Assembly: GCA_043228905.1 (NCBI GenBank) | Contig: JBHGNT010000116.1 | Coordinates: 14,315-78,314, forward strand | Direction of reading: 5' to 3' | DNA from: Azolla caroliniana | Lineage: Eukaryota; Plantae; Polypodiophyta | Length of the DNA stretch: 64,000 bases | In this document: positions 14,001 through 26,612 of the stretch, piece after piece | How positions within the stretch are numbered: position 1 is the first letter of the stretch | How the letters are laid out: every line of letters starts with the position of its first letter | The notes under the pieces: generated by a model | Databases searched by the model: none | What the model was told of the DNA's origin: nothing | The model's input: the letters and a program-made list of their open reading frames with translations, nothing else | Made by a program: the position numbers and the translations under genes

Positions 14001-14141
14001 AAGGTGTGTCCTATGCAGGCCGGATCTCGTAAACTGGGGTCCGACGCAACCGTTTTGATTCGGGACTCGCTACCCTCCGGTAAGGGTGCCGCGACTGGCC
14101 TTACCTTCTGGTCCACAGTCTTGTACTTCGTGCTAACTCGG
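11030..14141 (-). pseudogene. Element D pol (RT, RNase H, integrase), 3' portion
   Basis: ORFs 13289-, 12443-13279 and 11030-12211 carry FLDD, TVDTS/RELWG/IETDC/ADMLSR, HHCC, DDE and GPY motifs; premature stops near 13280 and 12443. Confidence 0.92.
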
Positions 14142-14817
14142 TGTCGTGAAGAAAACCGTCCACAAGCGGAATCGGTGTATCGGAGCGTAGAAACCGACTC
14201 TTCATGCACGTGCGCCTTAAGTTGTACATAGGAGATCCTAGGTAGATTCGGTAGGTAGGGAGTAAAGGGGAAATGGCTCCTTCCTTGCCTATAAAAGGAG
14301 GGAGACGAGGAGGGTAGAGGGATCGCGGAGAGTCGAGGACGAAGTGTTGTCGGTTTGCGTGCGAAGGCTTCTCTCTCTCTCTCTTTCTGGTTGCAAACGC
14401 CATAGCTTCCTTTTGTGCAGGTTTCGGGAGGCCCGCGCTGCTCTGAGGAATGCCCGAGTGCTTCCGGCACCACCTCCAACCTACTCATCCCCCTCTGTGC
14501 GTTTACGAGCAGGTATCGGCATCTGTTCGCCGGCCTGTTCGGTTGTAACCGACTTCGTGTTTTGTTGTCTTCGTGTTCTTGTTGTTTGTCTTGTCAATAC
14601 ATACATACTTTCGTGTCTTTCTGTGTCGCTGTCCCACTCGCGTCTTTGCGTCGAAGGGCCGTGTCCCTGTGAATCTACGCTCGCACGTAGTGGGTCTCTC
14701 TCTCTCTCTCTTACTCTTCGGTACAGGACCCCCGAGGTCCCGCCTCACTCCACGCATCCGCGAGGAATACCTCGACATATTTGGTGAACCTCGACATATT
14801 TGGTGAACCCAAGCAGA

Positions 14818-16920
14818 AGATCAGGGGGTCGGATCTTGCAGAGGCCATGGCTTCGGCCGTGGATCGGATATTGGGCACACGCGAGGGCACCGGTGCCCTC
14901 GACAGAGCCATTGAGGCAGTCGTCGGTACGATCGGCCGTTTCAGCGGAAAGGATGCTACGAAGTATTTGGCGTTCTACGGGGCGGAAATGCTGATGCGGG
15001 ACATTCCGCAAGAGAGGCGTCTTGCCGGGTTCCCTCGAGTGGCGATGCCGAGCATCCATGCGGAGGTGCTCGAGGTACGGGCGGAGAGCTGTACCTGGGA
15101 GGAGTTCGAAGGCCGACTCCTAGAGAAATATGGGCTGGACGAAGCGCTCCGTCTTTCGAAACTGGACTTCATGGAATGGGTGGAGTCCCCCAGCAAAGGA
15201 AGAAACGCGTCGGCACTCCTCCGGGAGTTCGAAGAACGCTTTGCGCGCCTTTCGGCGCTTGACCGAACCATTCTGGATACGAGCCGGGTCCTACTATTCG
15301 TCAAGTCGGTGGACGAGCGGGACCGGGATCAAGTCGGCTCCTTGCTGGAAACTGAAGACGGGCTGACAACCGACTGGGTTGCGGTTAAGAGAGTCTGTGG
15401 CCGTTTCGACAAACGGCGAGAATGGGCTGACAATGGGGCGGCCGGTGTGGGCTCTGTTACAGCAAGGAGGCTTGAACCGGCACCACAAGTGCGAAGGGAA
15501 GAAACCCGAGAATGGCTCGAAACCTTCGGCCAGCATGATCAATGGCTCGTCCGGAGGAGCAGCGCTAGAGGAGTTGACGCGGGCGATAAAGGATCTCTAG
15601 ATCGCCCAGACTCGAAGGGAAGGCGGCGAACCGGCTCGTGACCGACGGCCGGCAGCGGGGAACAGGTGCATGTGGTGCGACGAGGTCGGCCACATTCGGA
15701 AGGACTGCGGCGATTTCGCAGAGGCGTTGAGAAACCGGGTGGTGTACCTGTGGGAAGGCCAGGTGCACGCTGGCGACACCAGGAGGGCCCTGAGCCGAAA
15801 CGATGGGCGAGGAGGTATGAAGAGACTGATGGAAGAGGCAGCGGACCGACACGTGGAGGCCATCCACTATTCAGGTCGGGGGCAGCGAGGCCCGAAAGGA
15901 GAGTAAAGACGGTTTCTGGTCGGCAATGCTGGAAGGCCTCGCCGGTGCGCGGCTGAGGAAAGATGAAACGGACCGCGCTGAGAGACAGCTCGGGAAATAA
16001 CCGGGTGGAGCGATCCGGTCGAGGAGAAGACGGGCTTTGTAGAAGCCGCTTGCCGGAACTACGAGGCTCTGGTAGAAGAAAAACGAGTGGGGAAAGCCGG
16101 AGCGGCCGGGCCCTCACAACGGTAGGAGACCCGATTCGGGCAACGACGGAACGATGCCGGTGGGCCCGGCCCGCAAGATAACCCCAGGAAGGGCAGGTAC
16201 CGACTGGGGACAGAAATAGAAAGGACTACGGACCTACGAAAGGTCCTAGAAGAACGGATCCTCGACAGCAAAGTGGAGTTGACATTGCGAGAGGTGTTAG
16301 GGATCGCCAAGAAGGAGTTCCACGACTCCATTATAGACTTGGTGAAACGGAAGAGGCTGTCGACGGAGACGGATCCGGAAAGACCGGTAGAGGTGCGGAC
16401 GACACACATCGACGACTCGACGCTGGCAGATGAGTGGGCGGAGAGCCACTATTCAAGGCCACACTGGGCCCGAGCGACCACGGAGACCTCGGTAAAGATC
16501 GGAGAGGTTCAGGAACCGGTGGTGGCACTGGTGGACCACGGTTCGGAAATAAACCTGATGTCCATGGACTTCTATAAGAAGGGGAAGTGGCCGATCAACA
16601 CCAAGCACGGGTGGAAGATACGGGCGGCGACGCGCGCCACCGAGGAACTGCATGGGGCCTGCCCGAACGTGCGAGTCAAGATCGGCGACGTCGAGATTGA
16701 CCAGCACTTCTTCGTACAGGAGACGTCCTCGCACCCGGTCATATTAGGGGAACCATACATCACGGCAGCTCGAATGGAGACCAAGGTGCTAGACAACGGT
16801 TCGGCCTACGCAAGGGTCAAAAGCCAGGACGGGCGCCATTCGGTCCAATTTCTGACCGTGAGACCGAATCACGAGAGGAACCGCGAATCCCTCGGTGGCG
16901 AGTACCGGGAGGATTTTTAG
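14818..16920 (+). pseudogene. Element E gag-protease
   Basis: Capsid-like region, CCHC knuckle CMWCDEVGHIRKDC, a DUF4100-like segment (recalled similarity), and protease LVDHGSEINLM; several indels and stops. Confidence 0.88.
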
Positions 16921-19900
16921 AGAGGGCTGCCAAGGCGTGGGGCCGAGATAGTCCGGACACTCGGGAAAGACCCCACGACTGTACGATAGGTAGAAAATTT
17001 TGCTTCTCCAACAATGGAGGGTGTATGATAGTCGGCATCGTCGGCCAAGAAAAGACAAGGGCGGAATTGCAACTTCGAGCGTGCGGAGTTCTCGGCCCGG
17101 ACGAGGAAATCAGCGGAGCCGTGGAGACGGTCTCCTTCGATGACACCTTGGGAATGCTGAGGAAGGTAGTCGGAGAAGACCTTAACGAAGACCGGACGAT
17201 ACCGGTATGTTCCGAAGAGATGTATGAAGTCATCGCGAACTTCAGTCAGGGGCTCGGGTCGGATCGGACGGCCCGAGTTAGCACGAAGTACAAGACTGTG
17301 GACCGGAAGGTAAGGCCAGTCGCGGCACCCTTGCCGGAGGGCAGCGAGTCCCGAATCAGAGGGGTGGCGTCGGACCCCAGTTTACGAGACCCGGCCTGCA
17401 TAGGACACACCTTCACCGACGGGACGCTCCGGGAGCTCAAGATCGGTGGGGGCGGGTTCCTACTGCCTGCGGAGGAAGACCGGTTTCGGAAAATGCTCGG
17501 AAGGCACGGGAAAGCCTTCGCATTCTCGCCAGAAGAAATCGGGTGCGTAGACCCGACGATCGTGGAGCCGATGGTGATATTCACGGTACCACATGTACCG
17601 TGGAAACTCAAGCTGATTCCAGTACCGAGAGCTCACATCCCAAAGTTGATGGAGCTATTGAGGCAGAAAGTCGATATGGGTATTCTCGAACCGTCGAGCG
17701 CGCCATACTCGAACCAATGGTTTACCGTACCAAAGAAAAACAGAACATTGCGCTTCATTTAGGACCTGCAGCCGGTCAACAGAGTGACCATCCGGAACGC
17801 AGGAATCGGACCGACCATAGACGAGTTCGCGGAGGCCTTCGCCGGAAGGTCGATTTACTCGGTCGGTGATCTGTACTCGGGGTACGACCAGTTCTAGCTA
17901 GCCGTGGAGAGCAGAGACATTACGACAATGCGAACTCCCCTCGGCCTAGTGCGAATGTGTACCCTGCCACAAGGAGGGACCAATTCGGTGGCCCACATGG
18001 TGAATGCAATGAACAAAGTACTGAGGGATTGCATCCCGGACATCACCATACCGTTTCTAGACGACATCCCCATAAAGGGGTGCCCGGTGGAAGAGAAGGA
18101 CGAGACACTCGGGCCGGACAGATGCCGGCGATTCATAGCAACACACAGCGACGACTGCGAGAAGGTGCTACGAAGGCTAGAGGATGCGAGGCTCACCTTC
18201 TCCGGGGAGAAATCGGCCTTCGGGCAATCAGAAATCCTGGTGGTCGGGCATCTATGTGGACCATATGGCCGGAAGCCGTCTCCGGCAAAGGTAGAAGCCA
18301 TCTCCGCGATGAAGACCGACTGTAGCTCGGTTACGGAAGTTCGGAGGTTCCTGGGGGCATGCGCGTTCTACCACATATGGATCCCGCATTACGCCCACGT
18401 TGCAGAGCCACTATATGGGTTGTTGAAGAAGGGGCAAAGATTCGAGTGGCGAGACGAGCACACGGGGTCGGTCCGGAAGCTGAAGGAGGCTCTTACAGGC
18501 AGCACCGGCGCTCCGGAAGGCTGTCTACGAGAAGGGTACCCCGGTATACATAACGGTGGATACGAGCCCGACCGGGATCGGATGGGTCGTCAACCAAGAA
18601 GACGAGGACGGCACCCGGTTCCCGATCCGATTCGGCGCTAAGGTCCTCATTGAGCGACAGCGAGGGTACGCCCAGGTTAAACGCGAACTCTAGGGTATCG
18701 TTTCGGCGGTAAAGGCGGACAAAGACTACCTGATCGGGACAGAAGTGATTATCGAGACGGATTTCCTGCCGATTCTCGGCATGGTTTCCGGATGCGCGAC
18801 ACCGGACCTGGCGATGCTCAGGTGGATAGCGTACATCAAGTCCCTGGACCCGGAGATACGACACATTTCCGGAAAGGACAACGCCATGGCCGACATGCTT
18901 TCGAGGGCGAGGTTTGATGACGAGGGCGGCATGGTTTCGGAGGACGAAGAAGTCGGCGTGGACTTCTTCGAGGCGGCGTACGTGACGACAGATGGGACGA
19001 GCACTCCGGCACTTAACGACTTCGACGAGAGCAAGTACGACGGCGAGTGGCTCCAGATCGGTGGATTCTTGAGGACAATGACGCCGGACGCGTCATGGAC
19101 GAAGGACGAGGCCAACTGGATCCAGAAGAAAGCTTACCGATTCTTTCTCCGGGACGGATACTTATGGAAGCACCCGAAGAAGAGGGACGGCGCTCCACTC
19201 CGAGTGGTGGCGATGAAGGATGAACAGGAGGAGCTGCTGACGGCCTACCATGACAGCCCTTGGGCCGGACACCGTGGAACCTGGGCCACGTTCGAGAAGA
19301 TAAAGGGGAAGTACTGGTGGCCGGGACTGTACCGGGACGTGCATCGATTCGTGACAACTTGCGAGAGCTGTCAGATGCACTCCATAGTCCGACACCGGGA
19401 CGAACTTCACCCTACGTACCCTCCGACCATCCACTTCAAATGGATGGTAGACCTGGTAACGATGCCGATAGGAGTAGGACAGATGCGGTATCTGGTCCTG
19501 GCTCGGGAAGATCTAACGAACCAGGTGGAAGGCCGGGCCCTTCAGAACAAAACGACTGCGGCCGTATGTCGGTTCCTGCTCGAGGACGTAATATGCCGGT
19601 ACGGGTGCGTCGGGAAGATCGTGGCTAATCGCGGGGAGTTGGACGCCGAAGAGGCCGAGGAGCTGTTCGACCGGTTAGGGGTCAAGCTCTCGCTTACCAC
19701 TGCGTACAATCCAGAGGCAAATGGGAAGGTGGAGCGCGAACACGGACCGATCGTCAAGGCGTTAGTTCGGGCATGCGGAGGTCAAGTCGGGAACTGGCCG
19801 CGGCTACTACCTTACGCGTTGTGGGCTGACCGGACTACGCACAGTTCGGTAACCGGATTCATGCCGGCAGAGCTCATGTTTGGGCAGAAGCCGATCATGC

Positions 19901-20385
19901 CGATCGAACATACGGTCTCCTCATGGGCAACCGTGGACTGGAGAGACGAGATGAGCCGGGAGGAACTGTTGACGGCGCGCATACGACAGCTCGAGCGGAG
20001 ACCGGAGGACATGGAGCAGGCTACGGAAAAGCTTCGGGTGGCCAGGACGAGGAACAAAGCCCGGTTCGACCGGACGCACCGGCTCTGACCGAAGAAGATC
20101 GAGGAAGGCGACTGGGTGCTAGTCTACGACAGCAGCCTCGACAACCAGCACCGAGCAACGCGGAAGTTCGCAAGGAGGTGGTTCGGGCCTTACGTGGTAC
20201 AAAGCGCCAACGACAACGGGACGTACCATCTGGCGGAACTCGACGGCACGACAGTGGCGATACCGGTAGCTGGGAAACGGATCAAAGCGTTCAAGAAGCG
20301 TCACGACGACGAGCCGGATCCGGTTAACCTGGACCGGGACGACGAGCGATCCGAAACCGAGGAAGAACCGACGGGCGGGGAATGA
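16911..20385 (+). pseudogene. Element E pol (RT, RNase H, INT), in the -1 frame relative to gag-PR
   Basis: ORFs 17025-17762, 17904-18641, 18745-20088 and 20116-20385; nonsense codons at 17760, 17895, 18691 and 20086; frameshift near 18500. Confidence 0.92.
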
Positions 20386-21098
20386 AGGCTGGACCGGTTT
20401 TCTCCGTCCCAACACAATTTGGCACATGCCGGTGGATGCGCGGTTAGGTGGGGGCGGATGTCGTGAAGAAAACCGTCCACAAGCGGAATCGGTGTACCGG
20501 AGCGTAGAAACTGACTCTTCATGCACGTGCGCCTTAAGTTGTACATAGGAGATCCTAGGTTGATTCGGTAGGTAGGGAGTAAAGGGGAAACGGCTCCTTC
20601 CTTGCCTATAAAAGGAGGGAGACGAGGAGGGTAGAGGGATCGCGGAGAGTCGAGGACGAAGTGTTGTCGGTTTGCGTGCGAAGGCTTCTCTCTCTCTCTC
20701 TTTCTGGTTGCAAACACCATAGCTTCCTTTTGTGCAGGTTTCGGGAGGCCCGCGCTGCTCTGAGGAATGCCCGAGTGCTTCCGGCACCACCTCCAACCTA
20801 CTCATCCCCCTCTGTGCGTTTACGAGCAGGTATCGGCATCTGTTCGCCGGCCTGTTCGGTTGTAACCGACTTCGTGTTTTGTTGTCTTCGTGTTCTTGTT
20901 GTTTGTCTTGTCAATACATACATACTTTCGTGTCTTTCTGTGTCGCTGTCCCACTCGCGTCTTTGCGTCGAAGGGCCGTGTCCCTGTGAATCTACGCTCG
21001 CACGTAGTGGATCTCTCTCTCTCTCTCTTACTCTTCGGTACAGGACCCCCGAGGTTCCGCCTCACTCCACGCATCCGCGAGGAATACCTCGACATCGG

Positions 21099-23596
21099 GC
21101 CGTCCGATCCGACCGGAGTCCCTGGTTGAAGTTCGCGATGACTTCATACATCTCTTCGGAACATACCGGTATCGTCCGGTCTTCGTTAAGGTCTTCTCCT
21201 GCTACCTTCCTCAGCATCCCCAAGGTGTCGTCGAAGGAGACCGCCTCCACGGCTCCGCTGATTTCCTCGTCCGGGCCGAGAACTCCGCACGCTCGAAGTC
21301 GTACTTCCGCCCTTGTCTTTTCTCAGCCAACGATGCCGACTATCATACATCCTCCGTTGTTGGAGAAGCAAAATTTCCTACCTATCGTACAGGGTTCCTT
21401 CGGTTTCAGTTCTATCGTACAGCTGTGGGGTCTTTCCCGAGTGTCCGGGCTGTCTCGGCCCCACGCCTCGGCAGCCCTCTCTAAAAATCCTCCCGGTTCT
21501 CGCCACCGAGGGATTCGCGGTTTTGCTCGTGGTTCGGTCGTACCGTCAGAAATTGGACCGAATGGCGCCCGTCCTGGCTTTTGACCCTCGCGTAGGCCGA
21601 ACCGTTGTCCAGCACCTTGGTCTCCATTCGCGCCGCTGTGATGTATGGTTCCCCTAATATGACCGGGTGCGAGGACGTCTCCTATACGAAGAAGGGCTGG
21701 TCAATCTCGACGTCGCCGATCTTGACTCGCACGTATGGGCAGGCCCCGTGCAGTTCCTCGATGGCGCGCGTCGCCGCCCGTATCTTCCACCTGTGCCTGG
21801 TGTTGATCAGCCACTTTCCCGTCCATGGACATTAGGTTTATTTCTGAACTGTGGTCCACCAACGCCACCACCAATTCCTGAACATCTCCGATCTTTACCG
21901 GGGTCTCCGTGGTCGCTCGGGCCCAGTGTGGCCTCGAATAGTGGCTCTCCGCCCACTCATCTGCCAGCGTCGAGTCGTCGATGTGCGTCGTCCGCACCTC
22001 CACCGGTCTCTCCGGTTCTGTCTCCGTCGACAGCCTCTTCCGTTTCACCAAGTCCACAATGGAGTCGTGGAACTCCTTCTTGGCGATCCCTAGCACCTCC
22101 CGTAGTGACAGCTCCACTTTGCTGTCGAGGATCCGTTCTTCTAGGACTTTTCGTAGGTCCGTAGTCCTTTCTATTTCCGTCCCCAGTCGGTATCCGCCCT
22201 TCCTGGGGTTATTTTGCGAGCTGGACCCACCGGCATCGTTCCGTCGTTGCCCGAATTGGGTCTCGTACCCTTGTGAGGGCCCGGCTGCTCCGGCTTTCCC
22301 CACTTGTTTGTCCTCTACCAGAGCCTCGTAGTTCCGGCAGGCGGCTTCTACGAAGCCTGTCTTCTCCTCGACCGGATCGCTCCACCCGGTTATTTCCCGG
22401 ACCCGTCTCTCAACGCGGTCCGTTTCATCTTTCCTTAGCCGTGCGCCGGCAAGACCTTCCAGCATTGCCGACCAGAATCCGTCTTTGCCCTCCTTTCGGG
22501 CCTCGCTGCCCCCGACCCGAATGCCGGCCGACGCCGAGTAGTGGATGGCCTCCACTTGTCGGGCCGCTGCCTCTTCCATCAGTCTCTTCATTCCTCCTCG
22601 CCCGTCGTTTCGGTTTAGGGCCCTTCTGGTGTCGCCGGCGTGCACCCGGCCTTCCCACAGGTACACCACCCGGTTCCTCAACGCTTCTGCGAAATCGCCG
22701 CAGTCCTTCCGGATGTGGCCGACCTCGTCGCACCACATGCACCTGTTCCCTGCTACCGGCCGTCGGTCACAAGCCGGTTCGCCGCCTTCCCTTCGAGTCT
22801 GGGCGATCTGGAGATCCTTTATCGCCCGCGTCAACTCCTCCAGCGCTGCTCCTCCGGACGAGCCACTGACCATGCTGGTCGAAGCCGGACCGGTTTCGAG
22901 CCATTCCCGGGTTTCTTCCCTTCGCCCTTGTGGTGCCGGTTCAAGCCTCCTTGCTGTGACAGAGCCCGCACCAGCCGCCCCGTTGTCAGCCCATTCTCGT
23001 CGTTTGTCGAAACGGCCACAGACTCTCTTAACCGCAGCCCAGTCGGTCGTCAGCCCGTCTTCGGTTTCCAGCAAGGCGCCAACTTAATCCCGGTCCCGCT
23101 CGTCCACCGACTTGACAAATAGTAGGACCCGGCTCGTATCCAGAACGGTTCGGTCAAGCGCTGAATGGCGCGCAAAGCGTTCTTCGAATTCCCGGAGGAG
23201 TGCCGACGCGTTTCTTCCCTTGCCGGGGGACTCCACCCATTCCATGAAGTCTCGTTTCGAAAGCCGGAGCGCGTCGTCCAGCCCGTATTTTTCCAGGAGT
23301 CGGCCTTCGAACTCCTCCCAGGTACGGCTCTCCGCCCGCACCTCGAGCACCTCCGCATGGATGCTCGGCATCGCCACTCGAGGAAACCCGGCAAGACGCC
23401 TCTCTTCCGTAATGTCCCGCATCAGCATTTCTGCCCCGTAGGACGCCAAATACTTCGTGGCATCCTTTTCGCTGAACCGGCCGATAGTACCGACGACCGC
23501 CTCCATGGCTCTGTCGAGGGCGCCGGAGCCCTCGCGTGCGCTCAATATCCGATCCACGGCCGAAGCCATGGCCTCCGCAAGATCCGACCCTTTCAT
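21099..23596 (-). pseudogene. Element D gag-protease and start of pol
   Basis: ORFs 23084- and 21701-23074 (MKGSDLAEAM..., CCHC knuckle, DHSS mutant protease motif); stop near 23085. Confidence 0.88.
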
Positions 23597-24280
23597 CTTC
23601 TGCTCTTCTGCCACCTCCTTCACGTCGGGTTCACCAAGATGTCGAGTTATTCCTGGCAGATGCGTGGAATGAGGCGGGACCTCGGGGGTCTTGTACCGAA
23701 GAGCAAGAGAGAAAGGAGAAGGGAACCCACTACGTGCGAGCGTAGATTCACAGGGACACGGCCCTTCGACACAAAGACGCGAGTGGGACAGCAACACAAA
23801 TAGACACGAATGTATGTATGTATTAACAAAGACAAACAACAAGAACACAAAGTCGGTTACAACCGAACAGGCCGGCGAACAGATGCCGATGCCTGTTCGT
23901 AAACGCACAGAAAGAAAGGAGTAGGTTGGAGGTGCTGCCGGAAGCACTCGGGCATTCCTCAGAGCAGCGCGAGCCTCCCGAAACCTGCGCAAAAAGAATC
24001 TATGGAGTTTGGAAGAGAGAGAAGCCTTCGGCCCACAATCCGATAGCACTTCGTCCTCTCTTACTTCGCGATCCCTTTTTCCCTCCTCGTCTCCCTCCTT
24101 TTATAGGCAAGGAAGGAGCCGTTTCCTATTAACTTCCTACCTACCGACTCTACCTACCTAGGATCGTGCATGACCCTAATTCTCTCTTATGTACACCATA
24201 AGGCATACGCGCATGAAGAGCTGGTTCCTATGCTCCGGCGCACCGATTCCGCTCGTGGACGGTTTTCTTCACGACACCGC

Positions 24281-24936
24281 TGTGATGGCACGTCGTCGCA
24301 CGTCTTCCACTTAGCCTTCTCGGTTCGCTCATCGTCTAGCCGTTGGCACACCCTTCCGACCTTCGACCAGTCCTCCGTAAGCCCATTCGCTCCGTCATCG
24401 TCTTCGAGCTCCATCCCGATGGCCCCCCGTTCCGCTCGGTCGATCGACCTGACGAACAATAGGACCTTGTCCGTCCCCACCAAACCTTGTTCCCGCTCCG
24501 GGAGCCGAGCAAGCCGTCGCTCCAACTCTCGAAACGCCTTCGTCGCGCCCCGGTGGGTCTTTGCCGATGCGACCCACTGGTCGAAGTTGTGTCGTCCCCG
24601 GCTCTTCCGCCTTCCTCCGTATGCCTTCAGGAGCGCCTCTTCGAAGGCCTCCCACGAACTATGAGCCTCATGGAGCTCCTTTACTTCCGCACGCATCCGA
24701 ACAGCTACGACCCGACAGAAGAACTCCAACCTCAACGCCTCGTCTATGCCACGCTCCTCCATATCCGCGTTGTAGGCTCCCAAGTAAGATGGGACTTTGT
24801 CCCCATTGAAACGGTCGACTCTTTCGACCACTCGCTCAACCGCTTGTTGCGCTGCTTCTCGCCTCATTACCACTCGTGCCGACTCCAACACCACTTCGGC
24901 CACCATCACCGCGAGGTCGTCGTCTTCCGACTCCAT
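24281..24936 (-). pseudogene. Element B Gag capsid-like ORF, N-terminal part
   Basis: MESEDDDLAV...RFNGDKVPSYL..Y...WEAFEEAL...KVLLFVRSID...GLTEDW aligns by eye with Gag of D/E/H; no CCHC knuckle follows; interrupted by D. Confidence 0.85.
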
Positions 24937-26369
24937 CCTCCCTTGCCGCCTTTCACGTCGGGTTCACCAAAGATGTCGCATTGTTACGCGCGTGCGTGGA
25001 GAAAGGTGGGTCCACGGGGGTCTTGGACTAGGGAGTGACAGAGCGTAGGAAGTCCTACTTCACCGTTTCCGGGGCATCCCAGAAGCACACCAAAAGCAAC
25101 CGAAGGGAGAGAAAGAAAGAGAGGGAGCGCGCGCTTGACACCGACTCACGCGCACACACACACACACACAGAGGCCGACCCGACTCACGCCCTTATGTAC
25201 AGGAAATGTAGGAAAGGGGGAGCGCCCGACACCAACAGAGACACAAATATGCACAGACAGACGCAAATGTAAGTACTACAAGGTAAAGAATACAACCCCG
25301 GCTTCGAGCCGGACCAAGCTACGGTAGGTTACAACAGCAGTCTACAGTCAAGTCGTCGTTCGGGGAGCTCTCGAGCTCGTCACGCGAAGCGAGGTCTTGC
25401 ACAGGAGACCAAGCAGCAACAACCCTCAACAGTCCACCCACACCGCGAAGAAGAGGAAGAAGAAGTAGAAGAAACCTAACTCTAAACCTAACGGTATACC
25501 CTCTAACACAAAAACGGGCAACCCCTTTCACAAAGGGCGCTCCCTTCCTTTTATAGAACAAAGATAGGGATGCGTTAAGATGTGGGATAAATCCCAACTT
25601 ACATGGGATCGCCTGTCCCAACTGGACTACTCTTCGGCGCCATAAAGGCGCCCTCGTTATTCACACTAAATGTACAAGGGTGAGCACACATGCTGCACCC
25701 CGCCGATGTAGCCAATGTTTCCCGGTTTCCGCCTATGGCCGAAATTCTTCACGACAGCGTGCGTGTAGAAGGGGCGGGACCACGGGGGTCTCAGACTAGG
25801 GAGTAGAGGAGAAAGAATAAGATATGTTTGGAAGCTTAGCTCAAGAGGAGAAGAAGAAAGAATAAGATCATGACATAGGAGGAGAGATCGGCGGATGTAA
25901 GATACTCAACAAGAAGTATAAAACAAACGAATGATTACAACAATGGTGGCCGTATGGGCCGCACCAAACGACTATGAGAAAACCCTAACCGAAGATGAAT
26001 AAGGAAAACCCTAAACGAAAGCCTAACCTTAAAACGGTAAGAACTCTAGACTAAGTGGTATACCTCTCATACGCAAAATAGGCAACCCCTTCATAAGTGA
26101 CCCCTCCCTTCCTTTTATAGCCCAAGGAGGGAAGGACCTTACAATGTGGGATAAAATTTTCCCCTCTCTTTCTATACACCATATCTGTCATGAGATGGCA
26201 AGACTCGAACCCATGACCTTATGGTATATGGGCCGAGCTCTTAACCATCTCACCATCTATTGTAATTCATAGAATATTATTTTCATTTATGTTTTATTAT
26301 AAGAAAGTAATGTATATTCCAGATTTCTCTGGAACATTCTAGAAGCTTCAGGATTATTCCTGAGAACAC

Positions 26370-26376
26370 TATAAAA
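26370..26376 (+). promoter_or_regulatory. TATA box of the chromovirus 5' LTR
   Basis: TATAAAA about 30 nt upstream of the sequence complementary to the PBS, which is the predicted transcript 5' end. Confidence 0.6.
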
Positions 26377-26612
26377 GAAGGCACTAAGCATTATGTTGAA
26401 CCAAATTGGTTCAACACCAGTCTTAAGCCTCTTAGACGATTTGTACTTATCTTTCATATAATATAAGAGCTGCTGTCATCATCCTATCTCTCTCTCTCCT
26501 CTTCTCATTTTCTCTCTCTCGGGAATCTTACGCAGTCCCGTCCTCTTAGTACTAATAGTACTACTCTTCTTAGTACTAATTCCATCTCTGCTTTAGTACT
26601 ATTCCTGACAGT

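Larger units (their letters stand above)
14142..21094 (+). mobile_element. Element E: full-length autonomous-type Gypsy element inserted antisense into D
   Basis: 636-bp LTRs at 14142-14777 and 20459-21094 (about 7 differences by eye); TSD TCGG (14138-14141 and 21095-21098). Confidence 0.95.
10320..24276 (-). mobile_element. Element D: autonomous-type non-chromoviral Ty3/Gypsy element, degenerate
   Basis: 637-bp LTRs at 10320-10956 and 23640-24276; TSD CCGC (10316-10319 and 24277-24280); PBS, PPT; gag-PR-RT-RH-INT order. Confidence 0.95.
5846..25756 (-). mobile_element. Element B: non-autonomous Gag-only Gypsy-group element inserted at the U5 end of A's 5' LTR
   Basis: LTRs 5846-6627 and 24974-25756 (~782 bp, highly similar). 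PPT at 6628-6640, PBS near 24952-24969. Gag-like ORF but no pol. Right flank GCGT at 25757. Confidence 0.88.

Noticed and set aside
20116-20385. Chromodomain or extra targeting domain at the end of the D/E/F/H integrase
   Set aside because: Only the GPY/SH3-like module and a short acidic tail are present; no aromatic-cage motif.
26186-26260. Functional tRNA gene in the chromovirus LTR or the G LTR
   Set aside because: Acceptor, anticodon and T stems do not fold properly; only promoter-like boxes are supported.
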